Of a stretch of 64,000 nt of DNA, positions 32,200 to 63,589 are shown one piece after another. The notes below the pieces were generated by a model, which saw nothing but the letters and a program-made list of their open reading frames with translations, searched no databases and was not told where the DNA came from. The stretch's first letter is position 1, and each line of letters begins with the position of its first letter. The stretch is from Podarcis bocagei (taxonomy: Eukaryota): NCBI GenBank assembly GCA_964188305.1, contig OZ076888.1; one strand, written 5' to 3'. Both the position numbers and the translations under genes were made by a program.

Positions 32200-34100
32200 T
32201 ACACACAGCGCTTCATAAATAGAGACACGCACTGCGCATGCTCCGCGGCCGTTTCCTCCATCCATAACATTCCCTCTCAGAAGAGGGAGGTGTGACATTG
32301 CTCGTCCTCATATAAGAACGCCCCACTCTGTAAAGGGGCTGGCCTTTAAATTCAAGCAGGAACCTTTCTGTTTCTTTCAAATTCAAACCGCCAAAGCATT
32401 AAAACTTATTTATGTAGCGAGCGAGAACGTGGAGGAAGATGTTGCTAATACGGAGTCGGGGGCGGGGCGGGGCGCGCGCGCACTGAGGGACCCGCCCCGC
32501 CTAACGTTCTTTAGGGCACGCGCTCATAGGTCGGACGGTTGAAAGACGCGGGCTGGCAGTTTTTTCTTAAAGGGGGTGTGCGTGAGGGGGCCAGCGTTTA
32601 AAGAGGCAGGATGGAGAGCGTGCGCTTATGCCCGAGCCGCCAGTGAGGCGCAGGGAACCCTGGGAAACCAACGCCGTTCCCTTTCCCGCGCAATTCCCGT
32701 CCTCCTAGCCTCTGGCGAGGCGGGTGGGGGAGGCGTCTACCTCCGGACTCGGTCGTCAAATTCCCGCCTCTCTCCTCGTTCTGCTTGTGGCCCGAGATGA
32801 GCGCGGGGGGGGGGGAGTGGTTGGGATGCCGTTAACCGGCTCTCGCTGAAAGGGCGCCCCGGAAAGGGAAGCGCCGGGGAAGTGACCTCTCCTCACCTCA
32901 CTCCCCCTTGGGACAGCCGTGCGGTGGGGAGGGAGAGAGGGAATCGCGACCCCCGAGAGAAATGGGGGGGGGGTAGGGAGAAACAGCGCAGAGGGCGGCG
33001 CCCCCCCCCCTTCACGCCACTCGGCGGCATTTTCTTGACCTCTGAGGAGGACAAAACGGGAGCGGGAAAAGCGCCGCAGCCTCAGCGGGAAGAGATTCTC
33101 ATCTCTCGCGCTGAGGTGCCGCCACTCCCGCTTTTTTCTGTTTCAACGGCTCGCTCTGCCGCCTTTTCTCTCTTCCCCTCGCGTTGCTCCCTACCGGGGA
33201 TGACGCGCCTCTCCCCGCATCGCCTTATGCGTGGGACTGGGGGGGCTGCGGCTGCTTTCGGGGGCCGCTTCCCCTCCCGCGGCGCCACTTTGGGTGAGGG
33301 GCGGGGGCGGCCAGTGACGGCGACAGGCCTCCTTCCCCACCCTCCCCTGCGGGCCCCAACGGCTTGTCCTCCGGGGGTGCATTAACCGAGCAGCCTTTCC
33401 CCCCGCCCGAGCCTTCCCGGTCACCTGCCCTCCTGCTGCCGCCTCCGCTCCGGCGCCACCGCAATGCCCGCGTCGCGCTTCCTCCTTTCCCTTCCGTCGC
33501 TTTTATTGTATGGTTTCAATGGCGGCAGCTCTGGAGGCCGGTGGTAGGGAGGGGAAGGGGGGTCCTTCTCCACATACCACCTCTAGGAGGAGCCACGGCA
33601 GCGCGGTCCTCCTAGCGCCCCCGCCGCCAGCCCTGGCGTCGACGGCGCTCTCCTGGTGCCTCAGGGAAGAGCCGCCAAGGGGGCCGGGTCGCCGAAAGGG
33701 AGCAGCGATGCTGGCAGCTGTAGCAGCAGCGGGGCTTTTTAGCCTTGCTCTTCGTTTAGATCGGCTGCGGGTCAGTTTTGGAGCCATCGGGACACCCTTT
33801 CGAAATAACCCACTAACCCTCTTCCTACCTCTGAAGGTTCCCAGCGCCTCCCGCTCCCGAATGCTTCGCGATTTCTTCTAATTCTTGCTTCGCAGCGGTG
33901 ACTTTAACCTAAAAGAAAGCTCTCTGCCAAGGAATACCTGCCCAAACAGAAAGGGGCGGGGCTCTTTGGGAAAATACTGTGCAGTGGTGCTTCTTTGGAC
34001 TTGGTGTTACAACACCGCTGTACTCTTTCGCAAGCTGCTTCAGATCGCTGTTTGGCGAGGATGTTACAGAGCGCGCTTGAGATCCAAGGAAGCATCAGTT
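32200..34100 (-). promoter_or_regulatory. MACROH2A2: CpG island; MACROH2A2 promoter and non-coding first exon(s), boundaries unresolved
   Basis: Very high GC and CpG density 3-5 kb upstream of the ATG exon; tandem GC boxes GGGGCGGGGCGGGGCG (~32458), NRF1-like TGCGCATGC (~32234), YY1-like AATGGCGGC (~33518); several candidate minus-strand donors (~32896, ~33039, ~33425). Confidence 0.8.
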
Positions 34101-34569
34101 AGGAATCTTGTGTTCCTAGATGCCCCTCTTCATCTTCGATGCCGCACAAAAAGTACGAGTCTTGTGTGTTCAAAGCTTCCACCGCAGCCTAGGCTTTTCG
34201 CCCATAATTATTCACTGAAAGGGTGGCACATCATTTCCCCACTTTTCATTACCACTGTTTAGCGCAGTAAGGGTCGAACGGCAACTTGTTTGGAGTTGCA
34301 TTTTTAAAAAACTGTTGAGGAGGCATCATCTGTTCTTAAACATGTCGGGCAGATTGCTTCCTGTAATAAATGAATGTGAGTATATTGTGTGCAAAGAAAG
34401 GGAAGGACCATGCCTCTGGTAAAATATGCAGTTTGTCCCAGCAAAAAATTATGTGGAAGTAAGTCCTGCTTTGTTTCCTGAGGCTTCCAGTTAGATGTTT
34501 ATAAAATGCTTCAACTACATAAAAAAGTCTCTGGAGAATTGGGTTCATCTCCCTATAGGACTCTACTCA

Positions 34570-34960
34570 GACTTCGAGATATTATTGAGAGGCCTTACTC
34601 CCATGTCTTGCCACCTTCACAGGCATGCTAAGTAGACCTTTTCAGTGACTGCTCTCAAATTGTGGCACTCATTGCCACAGAGGGCTAGGTTGGCTCTTTC
34701 CTTTTGCGGACAGGCAAAAACTTGATTCAGAAACCTTTGGCCATTAACTGGCTGTTGCAGCAAGGCCTTATGAAGGTGTGTGATCTACTTGTGCTTTTAA
34801 ATGGTTTAGAAGTCTTTCAGGGCTGTTTTTAATAGGGTTACTTATTTGTCTAAACAACAACAAAATTTGTTTTTTAATAATTATACCGATTGTGCATGTT
34901 TTAGCTGTATTTAGCTGTAAGCTGCCTTGGGTCCTCTACTGGGAGAAAGGTGAGAGAATA
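34570..34960 (+). mobile_element. Degraded L2-like 3' fragment
   Basis: CCTTTTCAGTGACTGCTCTCAAATTGTGGCACTC...TGTAAGCTGCCTTGGGTCC...GGGAGAAAGG. Confidence 0.5.
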
Positions 34961-35157
34961 TGAATAACATAGCAGTACTCAGTGCATAACTAATAAGATA
35001 GAAATAACATTTCATCACTAATACATCAAAATCCTTTTAAATCTTATTTCCTATCACAAATGCAACTACTTGTCACCATTTTATAAGTCCTAAATAAAAA
35101 AAGTCCTAATAGTGAAATACAGCAGGAATCTTGATCACAAGACAATTATATCTTTTG

Positions 35158-35303
35158 AAGAATTATATCTATCTGAAGAAGTGTGCATGCACACGAAAGC
35201 TCATACCGATAACAAACTTAGTTGGTCTCTAAGGTGCTACTGAAAGGAATTTTTTTTATTTTGTTTCGACTACGGGAGACCAACATGACTACCTACCTAT
35301 AAC
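35158..35303 (+). mobile_element. Penelope-like element terminal fragment with hammerhead-like motif and 11-bp TSD
   Basis: CTGAAGA-A-GTGTG(CATG)CACAC-GAAAGCTC followed by ...TTAGTTGGTCTCTAAGGTGCTAC..., which I recognise as a reptile Penelope/Neptune-type terminal repeat; TATATCTTTTG at 35147-35157 and 35304-35314. Confidence 0.75.
35170..35207 (+). ncRNA. Minimal type I hammerhead ribozyme-like motif
   Basis: Core CUGAAGA (35173-35179), helix II GUGUG/CACAC, GAAA (35195-35198), palindromic AGCU then UC; helix I only 3 bp in this copy. Confidence 0.6.
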
Positions 35304-35325
35304 TATATCTTTTGGTGTCTGGCAA

Positions 35326-35514
35326 TGATTTCTGCGCTTGTGCATGAATCACACGGGTTGCGATTCAGCGCTTCTGCACATGCGCAAAGTGCGATTTAGC
35401 ACTTCTGCACATGTGCGAAACCCGGAAGTAACTCGTTTCGGTACTTCCGGGTTTTGGTGGGTCCATAACCCAAAAAAACGCAACCTGAAGCGTCTGTAAC
35501 CCGAGGTATGACGG
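35326..35514. mobile_element. MITE family C-like partial copy (left end missing)
   Basis: CCCGGAAGTAAC...GTACTTCCGGG core and terminal CGAGGTATGACGG-TA. Confidence 0.68.
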
Positions 35515-35584
35515 TATAGCATTTTAAGCTTTTTATTTCTCCCAGTGGTTTAAAATATATCACTTTCATTGTGAGGAGAGATTA

Positions 35585-35807
35585 CAGTGGTACCTCGGGT
35601 TAAGTACTTAATTTGTTCTGGAGGTCCGTACTTAACCTGAAACTGTTCTTAACTTGAAGCACCACTTTAGCTAATGGGGCCTCCTGCTGCTGCTGCGCCG
35701 GAGCACAATTTCTGTTCTCATCCTGAAGCAAAGTTCTTAACCTGAAGTACTGTTTCTGGGTTAGCGGAGTCTGTAACCTGAAGCGTATGTAACCCGAGGT
35801 ACCACTG
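35585..35807 (-). mobile_element. MITE family A, copy 4
   Basis: Reverse orientation, TA flanks. Confidence 0.9.
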
Positions 35808-38800
35808 TATTGGAAATATGGTCTTTGTTTATAAATATAAAGGTTGAGTAGAGACTGCTAAGCAGTTTCAAAGTTTTCAGTGAAAACTGAAGCACAGTAA
35901 AAAAAGTTAAAACAATCCACCACTTAATAGCAGGCACACACACAATTAATATACAGATAAGGTTTTGTAAGAGAATGCACACTTTATTTTTAAATCAGCT
36001 GCATGAAATAATAAATCGTAAACATTTGCCATTTTAAAAAGATAAATATTTACATCATATACAATAAACCAACAGTACAGAATTGTATAAAACTTACGTT
36101 TTCCAAATAATAACCTCACTACAGAAATAATACAAGTAAATGTTAGCACAGTGAATGTTTGTAGTTTTCCTGGAGTAGGATCAAATTGTTGCCCCACAGT
36201 GCATGATAAAGAATGGAGAACTAGTTATGGCATTTGAGCGTATATCCTCGATGTTGCTTATAATCTACTTTGCCTAAGAAAGCTATTCTTATACTTGAGG
36301 CTATGTGCATATTGCTGTTTACTTCAGCTCAGTGTGCTCCCAGCACTGATGGTTTGAAACCATGGACACATGGTGCTAACCACAATCCCTATCTATCCTC
36401 CAGCTTCTTGGGAATTACCTGGTGTTTGATGTGTTTCCCCTCAAACCAGCTTCCACCTGACTTGAAAACATAAGCAGCAGTTAATCTGAGGTGTGTTCAT
36501 TTCAGGTAGCCATTGTCTGGGCCAGCCTAGGACGTTTTTGCCGCATGAGACAAAATAGAAAGTGCTGCTGCTTCCTCTGCAGCGCCCCCTGCCACCACTT
36601 TTCAGCAGCCACAGCCACCTGAGGCAACTGGAGGTGGTCTGGAAAAGGCCCAGCGTGCTGAAGGTGGTGGTGGGAAGTAAAAGAAAGCCAGAGAGGAACA
36701 GGCTGTGAGCAGAGGAGGAGGCGGCCGACAAGCACAGGAAGCGGTGAGCGACATGCTCCTCAGAGGCTGGATCTGCCACATGAGTTGACTGCTTCATCAG
36801 TCCTCATGGGCGGGCTGGCCCATGTGCAGATGAAAGTTTCATTGAATTGGAATGGGTGGGGAGTAGCAGGTAATGCACAATGGTTGAAGACATCCCTGCT
36901 CCCTCTCCTGTATGTACAGCAACATAAAAATGTGATTTGGAAATGTTGCGAAGAAAACCATGTCACTGCTTTTCAAGCCACAAATGTGTATGTATCCTGA
37001 TTTAGTATATTTTTACATAAAAAGTGAACAATTTTTTTTGCTGCTACTTTATAAAGATCTGAGCATCATCTCCTTACATTTTGTTACAGTATAATGATGA
37101 GGTGTATGCTTGATTCCATTTGTCCAAAAAGTAATTTTGTTGGGAATGTTGAAAATAAAACTGCACTTATCCATTGATTTCAGTAGTTCTACTCTGTGTA
37201 TGACTTGTTGGATATAATCCTAAACGTTTAAATCAGTATTCAGCAGAAGCTTGAAATACTTTTTTAAAAAGTGGGCATAAACTTTGGCTGCGGTTAATTT
37301 CAAAATAGCTTATCACATACACATACTATTTAAACAGAATTATTTAGGTTAAGGCTGCAATTTTGTGCCCTGTTATCCAGGATACACTTCTGAGTAGAAT
37401 TGTATTGGGTTGTACTTTAAAGCTACATATAATTTGATGATTTTGCATCTCTGATAAATAAAGGCTTACCTGAAGAAACAGGTAAAAAACAATAGTAACT
37501 GCTTAGGTAGATAATCCAATTTAAATGGATAAATACCTTTAGTTATCTGTTTGAAGTAAAAAAAGTTTGAAGTTGCTTTCTCACAAAGCTTATTAAATAT
37601 TACCCTACAATATTTAGTTGGCATGCCAAGCAGTGATTTAAGAAACTGAAAATTTCATCGCAACCTATGTAGATACAAAGATGTATATCTCAAATCAGTT
37701 GAAGCCTATGTAGGAGAATGTAGAAACAATGCCCCAACAATGCAATATATACCAGTTTAATAAAATTTTAAATATTTGTACATCAAATAAAACCAGATAA
37801 AAAGCATATTTTGTCATGTAAATTGACAAAACCAGAAACAGCAACAAATTGTTTCTGCAAATCAGTTTCCTGCAAAAACTGGCTCCATAACGAAAGTTTT
37901 TTAAAAAAACCACAAACCAAATATTAATTCAAAAGATTAGCTACTCATATAATTTTTAAAAAAATTCTGATAGCTTAAATATCTAGAATGAAATGATGAC
38001 TTTAAAGCTATTACAAGAGTCCCATTGATTATTGTGAGGTAGGATACCACAAAAAAAACACTTAAATGGCAGGTTTCTGTCTGCCCTGATTTTAATATCT
38101 ACCTACTATTTATGAAGGTTCCTAGAATTTATAATCTACCTTAACCTGGATTTGGAAATAATTCCTATAGGGTCTGTCCTAAATTAACACTTTGAATTCA
38201 TGACACTAGTTTTTTTGTTTGTTTTTTTGGTAAATGCACAATGAAGGCAAATAAAACTAATTTGTCATCTTTCAATAAGTCACATGAGAAAGATATGATG
38301 GGTCCTTGGAAATATTTCCATGGATACTCACAGGAAATTCTTCAAAAAAATCAATTCCTTTGCATGCAAAACATGATATTTGGACATGCATCTTTAGACA
38401 TTGTGGTGCTGGATCCCATAATTAACTGAAGGGGAAGAAAAATTGCTGCTAGCATTCCAAAAATGCTTGTACAAGAGTGCACAGAGCTATTGTAAATAGG
38501 CTTTTCTAGGAGTTCTCATGCTCATACAAAAGTTTGCATAGCTGCTAGAACATATTTAGAATTAATTTCACTTTTGATATCTTTTTTGCTGTTTGGCATG
38601 CACTGATTTCTAGTTTTGTAGAACATGTAGAATGAAGACTAGAAATTGTTGATTACATATATTGGAGAACATTTGGTAGATACATTGAATAGGAGTTTAA
38701 ATATATTTTATGAAAATATATTTGTTGCATGAGGAGGATGTGCACTCATTTGCAAGAGTCACTAGAATTAGTGGCACTGATTGAAAGGATATGAAAGATG

Positions 38801-41159
38801 TAGAAGTAAGATGTTGAAGTGTATTGGGATGCGGAGACATACAGAATTTTCATTAAATGGAAGTTGGCACTCACCAGGAGCAATGTATTAACAGGAAAAG
38901 GTAGCTAATTGATTTACCATCAGACCCTTAAACTTCCCATTGCTGTATGAAATCTCAAAATAATATAGTAACTAGTCAAAAATAATAGCAATAAAACCTA
39001 AGATTAATGCATGTAAAAACTATAATTCCTTCTCCATACATCATTTATAAAGCAAAGCTGGTATTTATTTAGATATAAAACTATTGAGAGCTAACTTAAA
39101 TATGCAAGCAACCCAAATGCCCAAAGATTATACAGACTGCATAATGAACTTAGCGTTTAAGTGCTCAATTAATTCATAAATGCATTGGGGATCATGCAAG
39201 ATCCATTTTGTCCAGCATTCTGTTTTCAGTAGAGGAAGCTTACAAGGAGAGTGTGAAGGTGATGGCAGTTCTCTCTTGCTCATTCCTCAACCTCTTCATG
39301 TCCAGAGGTATACTGTGTCTCTGAGCAAGGAGTTGTTTACTTAGGACAACTTGGATATTGAAAGTTAAAGCACAGGAAACAATTGCTTCAAACAGAACAG
39401 ACATGTTGAGTCTGTTTTCGTTTAGAGAGACCACCTGTCATCAAAAGAGACCATTTCTTTGCCCTTCCTGGTCCCTACATTTTGTGTAAATTGTTACTAT
39501 TATTGAAAGAGACCATTTTGATCCCACAATCCCGCTCTAGTGGTGCATAATTATACATAACTAATATGTCAATGATGGGGGTGCAGAGTTAGATGCACAT
39601 TCACTGGAATGTGAATCCCTGTCCTCTTCCTGGTGTTATTAGCCAAACATAACTGAGTTGCTAGAGCTTGATTGGGGGCCTGTATTTAGGGAGTCCACAG
39701 TTGTTTGGTCCCCAGGGTAGTCTGTGGAGAAAAAAAAACTTCCGAGCTAACATCTGCCCATCAGCAAAAAAGCACCAATTAGATAGTGTACTTGGAAGGC
39801 AAGAAAACATTATCCCTAACAACAAATGATTTAGGAACTTGCAATTTTCTTGCTTTCCATTTCAAAATACAGCTACAGAATATATAACAAAATAAAAAAG
39901 GAAATGTAATATTAAAATATGAATATACTAAAGTACAAAGGCACACCGCCCTGCAGTTGGACACATTCTTACCTCAACAAAACAAGAACTTCTGCAACAA
40001 ACCTGATATGCAAAAATAGCAGTCCCTGTTAATACTTACATTGAACAAGTCTTATATCAAAAATGTTTTGAAGTAACATTCAATTTCTTCTTGTTCTTTA
40101 TGAGCACACACTCCCTGATCTGAAGAACATTCAGTCCAATCCAAAATTTTGCAGGTGCATACATAAAGAATTCGTAAGTGCAGAGGGCTTTCTCCTCATT
40201 GCTGGGCAGTCCTCTGTATGTATCCCCATTGTCCATATGGAACCTCCTCCAACATCGCAGTGAACACCTTTGCTGACCAGATTGTATATGTGGAGGTTGG
40301 GATGGGAACAATCCTTGAAACCTAGCAGGACATCTAAATTATGGGTACACTGCAACACAGATCCATGCTTATGCCCCATTGATTTCAATGGCATTGCTTC
40401 ATAATAGTGCACTTAACTGTGCCCAGTGTGGTATAATTATAAGAACTTAAGCGCAAGTCTCACGAACAACTACCCTGTATCACTTCTGACTTGCCCATTT
40501 CTGGTTTTTCTGCAGATAAAGCTGTGGCAGAAATCATCTAGTGATGAAATAGTACCCAGTGGCAATTAAGGTTTCCAGTAACCAGTTTATACTGTTTGTT
40601 CTCAGTATTGTGAAATCCTTCTATTTTCTTACTGACTAGTTCAGGCTCTGCACTAAACTGATTTATAAGCAATCAATGAAACATAATGGTTTAGATCCCA
40701 GATTGCTGTTCTATTCAGAAGTGAGGGATTTTAATCTGCAGGCCCCCATAGCATATCCCCAAAGTATCCCAGTCCCTATTAACAGACTTTCAGGGGACTA
40801 GAGGGAAGGTGGGGGAAGCCTCATTCCATGAATTCTGTCCTGGTGAAAAAGGCATCCAACAATCAAAGCAATCGTCTTTTTCCTTTAGAATTTATGGGTT
40901 GTTGCTATTTGAGTGTTTACTGACAGTTCTCATCTAGAGCTTTGTGGGCATTCCAATGTGAATATGCTATTTCTGCATGAATCCATTTTCAGCAATGTAG
41001 GATGCAGATCTGCATGTGTAAACAGATGTATACACAAAATTGCCTCCTGTGAAAGGGATAAGGGAGCCCAAATGTATGCAAAAGTGTTGCATGCAAGGAG
41101 CTGCTGGGGCAGTTTAACTGTGCTAGAGCCCTGGGGGAGATTCAGAAAAGGAAAAAAAC

Positions 41160-41770
41160 CAAGTAAATTACATGATGAACTAAATGCGTTTTTGGCACAA
41201 GTCTTCACAATAGAAGACATCCCAGAGATACCTACACTTAAAACAAATTAACAATAATACACATGGACTACAGGAATCAGTAGAAGTTTTAAACCTAGTT
41301 GACAAAATAGTAAGTTACTGGGACTACATTGCATCCACTTGAAACTTCTTAAATAACTCAGATGATATTACAAAACTATCAAAATTCAAAAGGGGCGAAG
41401 TTGTCATTAAAATTGTCAGCACATTATTGGAAAGCTATATCCCCCCCCCCATCTTTTGTCCCATAGACTTGTACAGTCTGTTAAAGTGATACCCTTATGT
41501 TTTTAGCACTGCGGTAGTTCCACTGAAAAGGGAACCTAGAGAAATTGAACAGAGTTTTATCATGGCAGCAAATACTTCATGACAAATATGTTTCTAGTAT
41601 GAAAAATGTCTGAAAATTAGTAGAACTAAAATTATGTAAAAAAGAAATCAAACATTTATCAAATTTAAAATTAACTTCTAGTACACAGTACACCAAAAGG
41701 ATAATAACTTTCTTGCAGAAAAATAAATGGTAGCTTTTGAAGAGAAGCCATGAAAAGGTTAAGGATGGAA
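41160..41770 (+). mobile_element. Highly degraded CR1-like ORF2 fragment
   Basis: DELNAFLAQVFTIED resembles CR1 LNEFFASVFT; downstream sequence decayed with many stops. Confidence 0.5.
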
Positions 41771-42766
41771 TCATCACGTGAGTAAATGAATGTTTGTCAC
41801 TGGGCAACCAGGAAAGATGGCAAAGTGTTGCTGTATCTTCACTGAGCTGCTTTTCAGAATCAATACTGTATTCAAGTTTATTGCTTAGAAATATGAGAAA
41901 AATAGCCCCTCTTCTGAAAAAAGCAGCAACCACAGAAAGTTGTCTTATGTCCTAATGTTCTTCACATCAGCTGCTGCATGACATGTCAAGATTTTTGGAC
42001 AAAGGCTCCTATTATCATAACAGACTGAATTGAATGAAAAATGATGAAACAGAAGCCAGTTTCTCTCACATCTGGCACTGGTGCCGACCTCTGGAAGGAG
42101 AGAGCAAAAACCACTGGGGTGTCCATCTTCTGTAGCCTCACCAGGTCCACTGTTCAGGAACAAAACTCTGGTGCGCGTGGCTCAAGAATACTTCCGTGCT
42201 CCTTGGAGGCAACTCATTCAATAGCTTCAGCAAACCTTCAAGCAGGATGTTCTTCTGTCACCACTGTAGGCCTTCCACAAATATCTCCACTCTCTTACTT
42301 GTTTCATTATTTGGCTATCAGCCAAGGAGTTTGACCCTTTAAGTGACAGATATATTATTTCATATAGAAATGTCCTTTCAGATATTAGTAAAAGTGCTGC
42401 TCTCTATGCAAAATCTCAAATCTAATTTTATCTGTGTTCCACTGGGCTCCACTTAAACATAAACGTTTATAATCCTTAGCAGCAAGTATTTTTCACTTGG
42501 CTATTTTGGGTTTTGCACCTGTGCCATCCCTTTTATGAAAATGATGGGAATCTATCACACCTCCCTGAAATAATGTGAGTGGACTGCACCTAGTATGTTG
42601 CACAATCCTTTGCTCTACTCAGAATAGTGACATTGTAAACCAGGAACAGTCTAGTTTCCTGTTGTGCCCTGATAGTGAACTAAATCTGAGTTGGGTTTCA
42701 TAACGATTCATTTGGGGTGCATCATGGAGATGCAGTGCACATTTTGAATTGTCAGCTGCAGAGTTG

Positions 42767-42968
42767 GGGCAGATATACACCATATATTTAAAGACCATCC
42801 AAATTTAAAGCACATAACTCGCCCAAAAAATCCCAGGATCTGTAGTTTCCCCCTTCACAGTGCTACAATTCTGTCTTTTTTAAACTACAGTCCCCAGGAT
42901 TCTTTGGAAAAAGTAATGTTCTTTCAATGTGTGTTGGGTATGCTTCAAATGTATGTTGTGGATCTGTC
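42767..42968. mobile_element. Palindromic MITE-like element (related partial copies at ~4895-5040 and ~29240-29350)
   Basis: GGCAGATATACACCATATATTTAAAG ... CTTCAAATGTATGTTGTGGATCTGTC inverted ends; shared AAAGAATCCTGGG / CCCAGGATTCTTT arms. Confidence 0.55.
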
Positions 42969-44026
42969 ATTAGTGTGGATATTGGTGGTAGTCATGATGG
43001 GGAATTTGCATGGTGCATGAACTGAGTGACATCTTTTAAAATACTGGTCTGCGTCTATAGTATACATAACTAGTACTGCTTCCAAGACTAGAGTAATACA
43101 TAGCAGTAATCTACACAAGGCTAAGCCTTCCCTTATAGTACTATGTTCTCCATACTAAAGTTCAAGAAAATGCTGAGAAGCCAGAAGAGATTTAGAAGGA
43201 TATGAGAAGAATGACGAGTCACATGGGGAAATGAGAAAATAATTGGAAATGTTCAGCTGAGGCACACACACCACATGACCTACCAAGCCAAAGCATATCC
43301 TGCTGTGGGTTTGTCCTGGTTTCAGTGGATTGACCAGAGAGCTGCTCTTTCCTCTATGTGAAGTGGTCAGCATATATTTAGTTAAGAATCTATCATATGT
43401 TAATAATGTCAAGGGAAACTTAACTGACTATTCACTGATCTGAGGGTACAAATAGATGTGACCTTGAGATCCTTATCATGGATTGCCTGTCTGGGCCTCT
43501 TGGGTTCATGTGTTTTAATTGATAGTGGCCACAATTAATTATTTTAGTCTCCTGCATTACCTTTAGTTTGGCACTGAAGTGAGGACAAGAAGCAACATGT
43601 GTTAAAACCAGAGGAAAACAGCCGTTGTTTGGGTTGTGAGATCTTGCAGGGTACAGGGGCAAATAGGGAAATGCTGAATAAATGCATCTTAGTGCAATAA
43701 CATTTGATGCTCCTTAGAATGAAATATTTGAAGAGCAGCAGTGCATGGGAAGAGAGGCAGCAGCTTTTAAAAGATGTCCAAGAACTGAAAAGGGTTATTG
43801 TGAATGCTAGAAGTTTCTACTGAGTTCAGTGGGACCAACTTCCTTATTGTAAGGGTGTACAAGATTGTGCACTTAGTTGTGTATCGGAAGCCTGCTGTTC
43901 CCACCAATGACTTTCTCATTGAAATGTTAACCTTTGCTTTAACTGATTCTAGAAGATCAGTGCTTTATGTATGTGCATGTTTTGTTATCCACAAATTCTC
44001 TCCTACAAATTTAGTTATTTCATCAG

Positions 44027-44044
44027 TGGTGCCCTCTGCTGGCA
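44027..44044 (-). promoter_or_regulatory. CTCF-like motif just downstream of the COL13A1 3' end
   Basis: Minus strand TGCCAGCAGAGGGCACCA fits consensus CCASYAGRKGGCRS. Confidence 0.55.
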
Positions 44045-44109
44045 ATAGGGTTAAACACAGGTGGTCCCTGTTGTTTCTCACTTTGTTGGCTTAAGTTTTC
44101 CCATGAAAT

Positions 44110-44562
44110 ACCATTATATATATATATATATGATTTATTTTACAAATGTTAATTTCATTTCATTTTAATAATGAAAGTCCATAGTATTTTAAATTGTTCT
44201 TGCATTCATTGTCAAATGGCTTTGTTGGTCTTCCTATGTAAATAGAGTGATTCTTCCTGGCACCTTAATGCAATAACTTATTTAGCTGTATTACTTAGTA
44301 TGAGTGCACAAATATCATGCAAATATTGCAACTGTATTCCACAATGCAAGTAGCATAGTATCAATATACATATAACGATACAAATGACTGACAATCAGAT
44401 AAAAAGGGGGGGAGTAGCATTTTCTGTACAAAAATATGCAGCTCTTTATAATTTGAAAAATGCATTATCTTTTGGCACTTCCAAAAAGAACACTGTATAA
44501 AAATAAATATTCTATGCACAAACACACATACACACACACAGGCCAGTCCATGGTTAGAATCT

Positions 44563-44565
<3 letters not shown>
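44110..44565 (-). other. COL13A1: COL13A1 last exon: TGA (44563-44565) plus AU-rich 3' UTR
   Basis: Acceptor ttttcttttgcag immediately followed by TGA; AATAAA on minus strand at 44134-44139; 3' end approximate. Confidence 0.82.
44134..44139 (-). terminator. COL13A1 polyadenylation signal AATAAA
   Basis: TTTATT on + strand about 425 nt downstream of the stop. Confidence 0.65.
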
Positions 44566-62581
<18,016 letters not shown>

Positions 62582-63355
62582 CTGTATTTGGAACAAACAA
62601 GAATAAAAATTACGGTGGGTTAAATTTCAGAAGTCCAGTAGCACACAGTTCCTATATTACTCATTCATTTGCACCCTCTGCTTTCTTGTTAATGATATAA
62701 ATTACAGCAACTAACAGAGCAAATGCTCCAGTGCTGTTTTTAATCTGTTCCCACCATTTCCTGCCTATAGATAATAGTTATATACTGTGCCAGTAGTGAT
62801 GTACCAAGTCTTTCTTGTTGATTGATACATCGGTTTGAAAGGATTGGCTTAACAGTAAGGCATCAGTATATATAAAATAAAATGGGGATTTTTAGATGTC
62901 TATTATTGATTGCTACAGCAGTGTCATTAATTGTACCCATACTTTTGTCCTTAAACAGGATCAGCAAACATACATTACATAGCATATCCTTGCATATGGT
63001 GGGTGACAGTAGTGGACAGCAGCATAGGGCAGTGACACACACCTGATCTCTGGTCACCTGTGTCACTGCTATATACTGGGATGGAAAAGGGAAAAGACAG
63101 AGTGGCAGTGAGGTGCAAATGCACTGTTGGGAGTGCAAACAGGCTCTGTTGGTGTATTTGCACCATGCCAACTTCCCTAGCTATCCATCCAACAATGTGG
63201 GCAACTGGAGGTCAGGTGAGCATGACTGCCCCACCCCTGCCAACTGCTACTGGTGTGGGAAAGGCCTTTCTTTGCAGAAGCAGTTACGAGCAGCCCCCTT
63301 CTGCCACTCTGCTTTAAAACTGCAGCATCCTGACACTGCTTTTTCATTAGGAATA

Positions 63356-63589
63356 CAGTGGTACCTCGGGTTACAGACGCTTCAGGTTACAGACGCTTCA
63401 GGTTACAGACTCCGCTAACCCAGAAATAGTACCTTGTGTTAAGAACTTTGCTTCAGGATAAGAACAGAAATCGCGCTGCAGCGGCAGCGGGAGGCCCCAT
63501 TAGCTAAAGTGGTGCTTCAGGTTAAGAACAGTTTCAGGTTAAGAACGGACCTCCGGAATGAATTAAGTACTTAACCCGAGGTACCACTG
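63356..63589 (+). mobile_element. MITE family A, copy 5 (COL13A1 intron)
   Basis: TIR CAGTGGTACCTCGGGTTA at both ends, TA flanks. Confidence 0.9.

Noticed and set aside
32576-34262. Several 70-167 aa ORFs on both strands
   Set aside because: Expected stop-codon scarcity in a GC-rich CpG island; low-complexity Pro/Arg/Gly/Ala translations
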